The translations under genes and the position numbers were made by a program. DNA of 64,000 nucleotides from Sarea resinae (Eukaryota), in contig JAPEUD010000016.1 in assembly GCA_026026165.1 (NCBI GenBank), positions 186,001 through 250,000 of the forward strand, in the 5' to 3' direction. A model generated the notes under the pieces. That model was not told where the DNA came from, searched no databases, and saw only the letters and a list, made by a program, of their open reading frames with translations. Below, in pieces: positions 37,666-47,498 of the stretch (position 1 is its first letter; every line of letters starts with the position of its first letter).

Positions 37666-39096
37666 ATGGCTTCCCAGAAAAGGCCCCTGATCATCAATGC
37701 GTTTGTCATGCAAAGCCCGAGCCATCTGAGCCCTGGATCCTGGAGCAATCCTGCTGATCAGGGCTCCAACTACACAGATATCCGTCACTGGACGTCGCTG
37801 GCGCAGAAATTGGAAAAGGCCAAGTTTCACGCCATATTCTTCGCCGACGTGCTCGGCGGCTATGACATCTACAAAGGTCCTGCAAACCTCGAGCCCACCA
37901 TTCCAGCGGCCGCGCAATTCCCGATCAATGACCCTCTCTACAGCGTTGCCGCCATGGCGGCCGTGACCGAGAGCATAGGTTTCGGTGTCACGGCCTCGAC
38001 AACCTACGAACCACCCTATTCCCTCGCTCGGCGCTTCTCGACCGTCGACCATCTCAGCAACGGCCGTGTGGCTTGGAACATAGTCACCAGCTACCTCGAC
38101 TCGGCGGCGCGAAATTTCGGCCTCGACACCCAGATCGAACACGACGAGCGCTACCGCATCGCAGGGGAATTCATGCACGTCGTCTACAAGCTCTGGGAGG
38201 GCTCGTGGCGCGACGATGCGGTCATCAAATCCAATGGCGTCTACGCCGACCCGGCACTCGTGCGCCAGATCAATCATAAAGGCAAATACTTCAACGTGCC
38301 TGGCCCGCACATCTGCGAGCCCTCGCCCCAGCGCACGCCGTTCTTATTCCAAGCCGGCACCTCGAGCGCAGGCAAAGCGTTCGCGGCCCAACACGCCGAA
38401 GCCGTCTTCGTCAGCGGCCAGACGCCCGAACTCCTCCGCAAGTCCGTCGACAGCATCCGCCAGCAAGCAGCCGAGCTGGGACGCGATCCGCGCTCGATCA
38501 AGATCGTGGCCGGCATTCTCGTCGTCGTGGCCGAGACGTCGGCGCGCGCGCAAGCCAAATACGACGAATACCTCTCGTACGGCAACCGCGAGGGCGCCTT
38601 GGCCCTCTTCGGCGGCTGGACGGGCTACGACCTCAGCGCGTACGCCGACGACGAGGATTTCCGCTTCGTCGAGCAGCCGGCCATCCGCGCCATCGTGAAC
38701 CACTGGGCCGCCACCGTGCCGGGCAAAGAGGGCGCCAAGTGGACCAAGCGCACCATCGCCGAGCATTGTGTGCTGGGCGGCATCAACTCGACCGTCGTCG
38801 GCGACCCGGATACCGTGGCCGACGAGCTGGAGCGCTGGGCCGACGTCGCCGATCTCGACGGCTTTAATTTTAGCTATGCCAGTATTCCCGGCACGTTTGA
38901 TGATTTGATTACGTTTGTGCTGCCGGTCTTGCGCCGCCGCGGCAGGCTGGCGGACGAGTATGCTGTCCCGCATGGCACCCTAAGGGAGAGCTATCGGGGT
39001 GCGCAGGGCGAGAGACGCTTGGCGGATGATCATCCTGGGGCGCGGTACCGCTGGGCGAAAGGCGAGGGTGTCCCTGCTTATGCGAGCCAGGAGTAG
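37666..39096 (+). CDS. Luciferase-like FMN-dependent monooxygenase (NtaA/SnaA/SoxA/DszA family), intronless
   Basis: FHAIFFADVLGGYD, LARRFSTVDHLSNGRVAWNIVTSY, PSPQRTPFLFQAGTS, LDGFN. Confidence 0.92.
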   Translation: MASQKRPLIINAFVMQSPSHLSPGSWSNPADQGSNYTDIRHWTSLAQKLEKAKFHAIFFADVLGGYDIYKGPANLEPTIPAAAQFPINDPLYSVAAMAAVTESIGFGVTASTTYEPPYSLARRFSTVDHLSNGRVAWNIVTSYLDSAARNFGLDTQIEHDERYRIAGEFMHVVYKLWEGSWRDDAVIKSNGVYADPALVRQINHKGKYFNVPGPHICEPSPQRTPFLFQAGTSSAGKAFAAQHAEAVFVSGQTPELLRKSVDSIRQQAAELGRDPRSIKIVAGILVVVAETSARAQAKYDEYLSYGNREGALALFGGWTGYDLSAYADDEDFRFVEQPAIRAIVNHWAATVPGKEGAKWTKRTIAEHCVLGGINSTVVGDPDTVADELERWADVADLDGFNFSYASIPGTFDDLITFVLPVLRRRGRLADEYAVPHGTLRESYRGAQGERRLADDHPGARYRWAKGEGVPAYASQE

Positions 39097-40061
39097 GATT
39101 GTGTTTGTAGTATATGGCGTGTAATGTCAATTTCTAAAAAGTTTCAACGTCGTGCTTGATTGTATGTGTGTATATATGTGTGTGTCTGTATATACAAACC
39201 TCTAATTCCATTCCAACCATCTAATACCGTACCAGCAACTACTATCTACTCAAGTCTTATTTTACACACCAGACAGCCGCCTTTTCCACCATTATCCTGT
39301 GATCCATCCACCTCGGGCTACGTGCTCAGCCAGCCAGCCAGCCATCCAGCCAGCCAGACCGTCGTGCTTGATCTCCCCTTCTCATCTTCCTCCATTCTCA
39401 TCTCCCAATCTTCCCGTCTTCCTACATTGATAGAAGCACATCTATCTAACCTACGTTTAACTGGCTAGCTAGCCGTCTGAGATGTTTCTTTACCGGCGCT
39501 GTCTTCTCAAAATCAACGAGGAAGAAAAGGCTTGTTCGTTTGTCTGCTGTAGTGATTTGTTCGTGTGTGTGATGTGTAAGAAAAAGTAGAGATAAAAAAG
39601 TGGTTTACGGTTTTGGGGGGCCGGGGGAGGGAGTTTTAAATTGCTGTGGTGGGTGGGTTCAGTTGGGGGATCTAGGAATGGGGCGAGGAGGAGGGATGGA
39701 GAAGATGATAGGGAGGGGAAATTGGAAGAGGGGATAGATAGAGATTACTAGTGTGGATAGGGAGAGGAGATGAAGAGGGGATGGAGACATGATGAACAGG
39801 GCATGAAGAGGACATGAAGAGGTGATAAAGAGGTGGTGAAAAGGGACAAACAGATTCACTAGCTGCTCAATAGGGATAGGCTATCATCGGCCCTCTATAT
39901 ACTCGATAGTTATTGGACTTCAAACGCAGTACAAAGAGCCATGCCGTCGAAACGACGGCTGCACATGCAAGCATACAGCGCCTGCAACACCTCTAGACGA
40001 GATGGAAAAGTCTAGCTTCGACACCTCACGACACTTACGACACTCACGACTCTCACGACTC

Positions 40062-41357
40062 TCACAAATCCGTTACAGTCTCATCGAGCACGACAACAAG
40101 CTTCCTGCCGCCTCCCTCGCCGTCCCGGAGTCGCCGCAGCCCCTCCTCGACGCCGCCTAATCCGCCCGCCACAATCTCGTAGCGCAGTGGCCGTATCACG
40201 CCCGAGTGGAGCGCGTGCGATAGATACGCCATGAGTGCGAAGCCGTACTCAGAGTCCTCGTGAAAGGGCTTGATGGCTACTTCTCTGACCTCGACCCCGG
40301 GCTTTTCCCCTCGGCCGTCGCCACGGGCTGCCCCGTCGCGGAACGGTTCTACCACGGTAGCCGCAGGGCGTTTGACAAGACACACCAATCTCCCTTCGCT
40401 GCCCACGGCCTGGGCCGCATATGCCGCCGTCTCGGCCCCGACGCAGTCGATTGCAAGATCAAAGCCCAGATTCCGCGCTTCGGAGACAATGGCGTCGTGG
40501 TCTTGGTGGCGGCCAAAGAAGACGTCGACGCCGAGGGAGAGCAGATATGCTTTATTCTCCTCGCTGGCGACGGCAGCCACGTGCAGACCGGCGTGTTTGG
40601 CGAGCTGGATGGCTTGCTGGCCCGTGGTGCTGCTGGCGCCCCAGATGAGGAGGCCTCTGGGTTGGTCTCTCTTTGACGATCCTTCATTCTCGCTTTCTTC
40701 TGTCGCGGTTTCAAAAGCTGGTGATGGATGCTTTGGAATCTCTAGCCCCAGGCCGTCGAAAAGGGCGGCTGCTGCGGCGACGGTGCCGACGCCTAGGGTT
40801 GCTGCGGATGTGAAGCTCATCCAGTCGGGGATGCGACATATGTTGTGCGGGTAAGCTACTATGTACTTGGGGCTTCTTCGTTAGATTTATTAGATGCTTG
40901 GAGCGTAATATCTTACCTCCTGAAATGTCGCGGTTCGGATATCCCGATATCGTGTGCTGGTGACCAAAACTCTATCTCCTCTTTTCCAGACTTCCCCAGG
41001 GCCCGTAGTCTTGACCTCCTCGCCAACCTCTTCAATCACGCCGGCTCCTTCGCGCCCATTGATCCAGGGAGATCCAAAAATACCAAAGCCATACTCGACG
41101 CTCTTCCAGTCCATGGGATTGAGAGCTGCGACATGGTTTTTGATTAGGATCTCATTCGGCGACGGGATGGGGCGCGGCCAGCTGGTGGTCAAGTTGTAGG
41201 GCCCAGAGGGTGTGGAGAGGAGCAGTGCTTTTGTGCTTTTTGATTCGGTGGGCTTCAGACTGCGTGGAGAGGAGGAAGGTGAGGGAGAGGAGGACGAGGG
41301 AGCAGATGGAGAGGAATAAGAAAGCGTTGCTGTCGAGGCCGTAGAAGAGGTTGACAT
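40062..41357 (-). CDS. MDR-superfamily enoyl reductase / zinc-binding ADH-like oxidoreductase (intron about 40916-40866)
   Basis: ALNPMDWK, GREGAGVIEEVG, AATLGVG, LLIWGASSTTGQQAIQLAK, GRKLVV. Confidence 0.85.
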
Positions 41358-42463
41358 GGTCGATAGTTGTTGAAAAACAGTACCATTTCTCAATGAAAAA
41401 AGTATTGCTGGCAGACAAGAGTTGAAATGTTATCTTCCATCTCAAGCCAAGGCCATACGAGAGATCGAGAGTAACACCAAAGCCGGCTAACAGGTATTTC
41501 CAAACCAAACGAATCAGGGCAGGTACACGCACGATCAACGACGCCTATCATGGATGACAGGAAGAAACGCGAAAAGAACACAAAAAGGTCCAAGAAATCC
41601 GATATCGCTGTGGATGCACGACATTGATAGGCTGCGTGGATGATGCAGGTGGTAGGAAATCAGTGAGCACATCATCGCTTTCTCCACGCACCTCATCCCG
41701 CTTTCCCAAGCACATCACAGCCCCTCACCCCCATATCCCATATCCGCAATCCTACCCGCTCCTCCCCACCTCCATTCCGTAGCCAGGAGAAACGGCCCGA
41801 CTGAAGTGAGGAGATAAGGATGTTCTGGACTGTAAGAGCAAGGAAGTCGGGGTTCGAGTATCCAGACGGAAAGATTTGGCATGCTTGTACGGGATTGCGC
41901 CATTGCGAGGGTGCGATTGTCTGATATGAAGGGATGGATGTTGGGGGGGTGTTGATGAGAGATTAGATGAGATGAGATTGAGATAAGATGTAGATTAGAT
42001 CCTGCCATCCACATGTTTGACAACTGTCATCATCCCGCCAGCCCCTTTGTCTCTAGCCTTTCTACGAATTCAACCATAGGTCACCGTGTCTTCCAGACGG
42101 CTGTATCTCCTCATACCTATCCTCGTACTGTGCCTGTCCTGTGCCTGTCCTGTGCCTCAACTGTGCCTCACACTGTCTTCCCACACCATGTCTCATACCG
42201 TGTCATCTTCTACATGTCTCATACCGTGTCATACCGTGTCATACCGTGTCATCTTTTACATGTTATACCGTGTCATATCAAATGTATTCTGAATCTCCAG
42301 CCGCGCCCCTTTTCGTTGACGACTTTCATATCCCATCAAAGCTTTGACGTTCATTATCAAAAGATATAGCATATTGAAACCTTTCCTGTTTGATCAGTCA
42401 TCGTCTTGACAAGAACAGACAGACAGTCCGAGACAGCTTGCCTATAGTCTCATCACCAGTGAA

Positions 42464-43951
42464 ATGCCTGGGTTGCTCGACTGCCCCAACGAGCTTCTTG
42501 AGCCCATGTTGGAACCAACGTCGAAGCGTGATCTCCGTGCTCTGGCTTTGACCTGCCGCCTACTCTACGACCTGACGAAAAAGCCCTTGTATCAGAGTAT
42601 ATCTTTCTCTACACCTGTACAACGCCGACCGTGGAGGCTGAGAGACGACAACAGCTCTTACTACCACGCCCTACTAGAACATCCTGTACGATATGAACAC
42701 TTTTACCTCTTTCTCAGATCTCTAGAGGAAAACACTACCCTTGGCGTCCTCGTCCGCATCATTCGCATATGGTTCGAGTCCTCGCCTGACCCGAGTGAAG
42801 TGGGAGCTCTCCATCCTCTTACTGGGGAGGAAGTGTTTGCTCATTTTTCAAGCGCACAACATCTCTCAAGGCCTGACGTTACCCGACTGATGAGATCCGT
42901 TCCACTGCTGCGCGTTCTCGATTTGTATATTGGAAGCGGTAACCATAGAGGATATGTTCCTCCTTTTTCGAAAATCCTCCCTTGGAACGAACATGACGTT
43001 CCTCCGTTGCAAGAGCTCGATCTTCTAGGAAATACTACGGGTTTACCTCCGCAATTCTTTTGGATGCCGACAATCAGGAAAATTAAGGTACATTATCCCC
43101 GGTGTATATCTCGGATTCCAGATGGCAGAGAGCCCTTTACGTCTCCAGTAACATCCCCAGCATTGACAGGCGATGACTGGGACACACTCCACAGGATTCT
43201 GACGTGGCCTGCTGCTCTTGAAGAATTCACTTACTTGGGCGATGCGATTTCCGGTAGACTTTTCTCTCGTTGTCTTGAATGCCAGTCGGGTTCCTTGAAA
43301 CGCCTCGAGATTGGCCTGCACAAGGGCTATCACCGACCCCTCTACGACCTACGACCTTTTTCAAAGCTTGAACATCTTGCCATCTGGCCCGATCTATTAT
43401 TTCGTCTGCCGTTCTCCGATCGTAATCCAACTGCTGCACTTACAAACGAAATAGCTAGTGATCCATGTCTTGAATTTCCGCCGCACGTGGAGTGTCTTCA
43501 GATCACCAACGGGCCCAACAGGCTGTACTTTAAGGATTACGTAGAGGGAGACGAATTGGACCTCTCTTATAAATGTTCGATTGAAGCTCTCCTCTGGCTC
43601 CTGAGACTGAGCCACCAACAACTGAATCTTTAATGCCTCAAGGTCGTTCCCTTTGGAAAGGGAGTTGCTACAACCCCTTGGAAGCCGCCACCTGCCGTTG
43701 TCCAAGATTTCGAGATGGAAGGCCTCGCGCTTGAAGTTGGGATTCCGGTGGAATCAGAATATTTGCGCTCCTCCAATGAGCAAGTATTCAACAGGCTCCC
43801 CGCCTTCCAGCCGAGACCACCGCCACGACTTGACTTTACATTCATGGGTATTTACTTCCCACTAGGAGGACTTTTGACTTCTGCAGCAGAGAACATGGCC
43901 CGTCTTTTTATTCACATTTGCGTTTTCTTGGATCGAGTTTGGTACCATTAA
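42464..43951 (+). pseudogene. F-box/LRR-like protein with a premature in-frame TAA at 43631-43633
   Basis: LLDCPNELL...DLRALALTCRLLY F-box. The frame after the stop (PWKPPPAVV..GLALEVGIP) still matches the downstream paralogue. Confidence 0.7.
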
Positions 43952-44128
43952 TCTTCGTCCTTTACATACATTCACGGCGCACAATTCACGGGATCATGAG
44001 GCAGCATGGCCCTGTCAACCGAGGCCATTCAATTTTATTCTGCAGTGATCCATCGTCGTCGAATCTGGCCATACACACCGTCTCAATGTTCGTTGTTCCT
44101 TTGCTCACGTCAATATTACCAAATCACA

Positions 44129-45502
44129 ATGGTCGGGATATTCGACTGCCCGGACGAGATCCTCGAGGCCGTCATTGAACAAGTTGCTCTACCTACACCG
44201 ACCCGGGAGCACGATCTCTGCAGCTTGGCCTTGAGCTGTCGCCGGCTCTGTAGCGTCTCAACGAGCTTTCTATATCAAGATGTGTCCTTTTCAACACCCC
44301 CAGAAGCTTTCAGCATGCAAAACATTTACCATTCCTCACCGGACCATTTCCTCGCCTACGACCGAATACACCTCTTTCTGAGAACTCTCGACGAGAATCC
44401 TGGCTTGGCCGTACTCGTGCAGAATATCCACATCTGGTACTGTGAGAGGTCGGAGACCGAAAAAGGAAGACACCATACAGATGATGGTCCAAGCTGGGTG
44501 GCCGACATCAAGCACCTTTTGCAACTGGTTCCAAAGGTGCAAGTCCTCGACATCTATACTGACCCCGGGATCAACCCGTCAATCTTCACGGATGAGCTTT
44601 CTGTCGCCGAAGCCCTCTATTCCGAGACACCCTTCTCCTTGGCCCGCCCCTGGAACGCTCAGACCTTCCCTTGGCTTCGAGAGGTGAGATTTGCGGGAGT
44701 CGGGGCCGCCGTGGCAGATTTCCCCATTGATCTGTTTTGGAGCCCCAAGGTCAGAAGAGTAGATTGGCTCTGCTTCCCAAAGACCAAGAGGCGACTCCAG
44801 CTCCCTCCGGGCAAGAAGCCTTTTACGTCCCGGGTAACATGCCTCACAATGTGCCAACAATCTCGCGAAGAGGATGAATGGACAGAGGACCTCCGCGAGC
44901 TTTTGACCTGGCCTGCTGCCCTTGAAGAATTCACCCACTTTGGTTCGCAGTGGAAGGCAACGACCCTCTGTCGGCTTCTCGAACCCCACTCTAGCTCGTT
45001 AAAGTATCTGGACCTGGGCAACTACTGCATGACCATTCTCGACCTGAGCCAGTTTGAAAACCTCGTACACTACACGACCTGGGCCTCTTGTCTCCTGGCA
45101 TCTGTCACCGGTTACGACTTCTTTGGTATTCTCATTTGGAATTGGCCCCCATGTCTGCAGTGCCTCCAGATCAACAACTGTAAAGACATGCTCAAGTTTG
45201 AGCACTTTCCCTACAACGATGAGGGGCCGGCTCGTTTTGACACGCCTCTCGACCGTTCGAGCAGAGCGATTTTGGACGTGATCCGGCGCTCAAGGATCGG
45301 AGCGCCCCATCTCCGGCGAATTCTTGTCACTTGTTTTACCTGGGACGATCCTGATGTGACGAGAGAGCTCCTTGTTCCCTGGAGCCCGCCCCCGATCGTG
45401 GTCAAAGCCTTGGAGGATAGTGGAATCGTTCTGGATTTGGATATACCGCCAAAGGCTGTAACAAACGCAGACGCGTTGGTGGAAGAGACCGAAGAAGACT
45501 GA
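44129..45502 (+). CDS. F-box/LRR-like protein, tandem paralogue of the 42464 gene
   Basis: IFDCPDEIL...DLCSLALSCRRL; shares PFTS.VT, LTWPAALEEFT and LQI.N with the upstream copy. Confidence 0.8.
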   Translation: MVGIFDCPDEILEAVIEQVALPTPTREHDLCSLALSCRRLCSVSTSFLYQDVSFSTPPEAFSMQNIYHSSPDHFLAYDRIHLFLRTLDENPGLAVLVQNIHIWYCERSETEKGRHHTDDGPSWVADIKHLLQLVPKVQVLDIYTDPGINPSIFTDELSVAEALYSETPFSLARPWNAQTFPWLREVRFAGVGAAVADFPIDLFWSPKVRRVDWLCFPKTKRRLQLPPGKKPFTSRVTCLTMCQQSREEDEWTEDLRELLTWPAALEEFTHFGSQWKATTLCRLLEPHSSSLKYLDLGNYCMTILDLSQFENLVHYTTWASCLLASVTGYDFFGILIWNWPPCLQCLQINNCKDMLKFEHFPYNDEGPARFDTPLDRSSRAILDVIRRSRIGAPHLRRILVTCFTWDDPDVTRELLVPWSPPPIVVKALEDSGIVLDLDIPPKAVTNADALVEETEED

Positions 45503-45857
45503 AGAAGACACGACGACCAAGTGAGACGGACCCAAGCTGTCCGAGAGCAGATGCAGAAGACGGTTCCGAAGGAGACTCAGAGACAAACCCCTCCCATCGT
45601 CTTCTCCCGAAACACCTCATCTCATTCCGAAGCCTCGATATCACCAAATCCTCTTCCGCACCATCATCTCGATCCGGTAGATCAAGAGTTCAACTGGCGA
45701 ACACTAAAAGCTTGTTATCACCTTTCCTTTTTCATTCATTTTCCCTGGTCTTTCTCTTCCTCTCCTCTCCACACACATCTCCTTCCACGAGCTAGCCCAA
45801 TGCTTGCTGTTTCCACGGCGCACGAGCCAACCCGCTCAGACTAGCCTAAGCAGCATC

Positions 45858-45937
45858 CTTTTCTTTTCTTTTCTTTTCTTTTCTTTTCTTTTCTTTTCTT
45901 TTCTTTTCTTTTCTTTTCTTTTCTTTTCTTTTCTTTT
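45858..45937 (+). repeat. (TTTTC)n microsatellite
   Basis: Directly visible. Confidence 0.95.
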
Positions 45938-46453
45938 CACTTTCTTTCCCTTTTCTTCCCTCTCTATATCCCTCTATTCTACATGTCAAACCAGCACTGC
46001 AAGTGCCAAGACAAGCAAAGACTACGAGTACAGTACAGTAGAGCATACACTAGCTCATAAATAGAAAAACAGAAAACAGGCTTCTTCACGCTTCCTCACT
46101 CAAGGCCGATAAATAACTACACTTAGGATTAAGCACCAGCACAAGCACTAGCACCTAACTGCCTGAGTGCCTAACCCAATAATCTAATTAAGCGACCCTC
46201 CCCAAGAAAACAACCGACTCCCTAATTCCTCTCCTTGCCCTTCCCCCCCCCGCCTCCACCCTGGCTAAACTCCCTAAGTATACCCGTAACCCTTACCGTT
46301 TCCGCCCTAACCCACCTCAAACCAGCCCCCTCACGGTGCCTAAAACCCCGCCCGGCGCAGAGAAAAAAAAAAGCCACACACAACACTCTACCCTACCTCG
46401 CCTGTTAGAAACCCCCTCTTGATCTCCCAACCAGCGCACCTGTCTCCGTTCCA

Positions 46454-46686
46454 GGCAAGTTGGCTGAGTGGTTGTGAGTCTCTCTTCCCTCTCTTCCCTC
46501 CCTATCCTCCCCACCCCACTCCACCCCAACTCGTCCTATTCGCTCCCCCTTTTCGCCCACCACCACACCGCCACCAATCCACACATCAACTAACAACGAA
46601 CTCAGAAAGCGTACGCCTGCTAGCCTACTACTAGGACAGTTAAGCGTATGCCTTCGGGCGCGTGAGTTCGAATCTCACACTTGTCG
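46454..46686 (+). tRNA. tRNA-Ser(GCT) split by a 132-nt spliceosomal-type intron in the D-loop (46474-46605) and a 20-nt canonical intron (46623-46642)
   Basis: Exons 46454-46473, 46606-46622 and 46643-46686 join to GGCAAGT TG GCTGAGTGGTTAAAGC G TACGC CTGCTAA GCGTA TGCCTTCGGGCGC GTGAGTTCGAATCTCAC ACTTGTC G (81 nt, all stems pair); T-run about 11 bp downstream. Confidence 0.88.
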
Positions 46687-47498
46687 AACGACGACTGTTT
46701 TTGGGGGTGATTTTTGGTGCCCGAGTATTTTTTTAGTGTTTTCGAGCTCTAGGACTAAGGGAGAGAGAGGGGGGGAGAGAGAGAGAGAGAGCACAAGAGG
46801 CTGCTAAGGGAGATGCCTTGTAGCTGTTGAGGTGGGAGAGCGGGCTGAATAGCGGGCGAAAGAGCGGGGCAGAGAGATAGTATAAAACCCCTAGGTGTAG
46901 AGGTAAGGGTAGAGCTAGGGATAAAGCGCGATGTAAAAGAGGAGAAGCGAGTTCTTGTGGAGTCTTCCTTTCTCTTCCTTATATCTTTCTTTCCTTCTCT
47001 CTTCTTTGCCAGAGCAGAGGAGGGAAGAGGGGAGGTATTAGTGATAGCAGGCAGGTAGGTCAGGGTCTCTAGGGCCTTTTATATCTCGACGGACTTTTTA
47101 GTTTCGCTTTCAGTCTATCTCGTGAGAGATTTCCGTGTCTAGGGTTGTCCAAGTCCGGATGGATTTCTTGCGCATGGATAGAAAGAACGGAGAGAAGAGA
47201 AGAGACGAATTACTCGCCACGCTGTACTATCTTGCCCAAGTCTTCAGAGATGGATCCAAATGGTAATTCGTTTATTGTCAAGTGGAATAGAAAGTAACGT
47301 CTAAATAACCAGCCAACCAACGAGCCAAAGACTGCCATCCCAGACAGAGAAAGAAGAAACGCCATAAGAAGAAGAGAGAAAAGGAAAACAACGATAACGG
47401 CGAGGTAATGTCGGACTGTTCCATTCTAGATTAATGTGACTCCATGCTGCCCCTCCATTCCTTTCCCTTGCCCTGAGCCGAAAAATCCAAACGCCCAG

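Noticed and set aside
38216..38973. Long antisense and alternate-frame ORFs over GC-rich genes (also at 21245, 56246 and 58448)
   Set aside because: Shadow ORFs caused by the high-GC codon usage of the real genes.
42120..42280. CATACCGTGT and CTGTGCCTGT short repeats
   Set aside because: Degenerate minisatellite with no unique spacers or coding sense.
46643..46686. Orphan tRNA 3' half or SINE-like pseudogene
   Set aside because: The matching 5' half with a complementary acceptor strand and D-stem lies upstream at 46454-46473, so this is a split complete gene.
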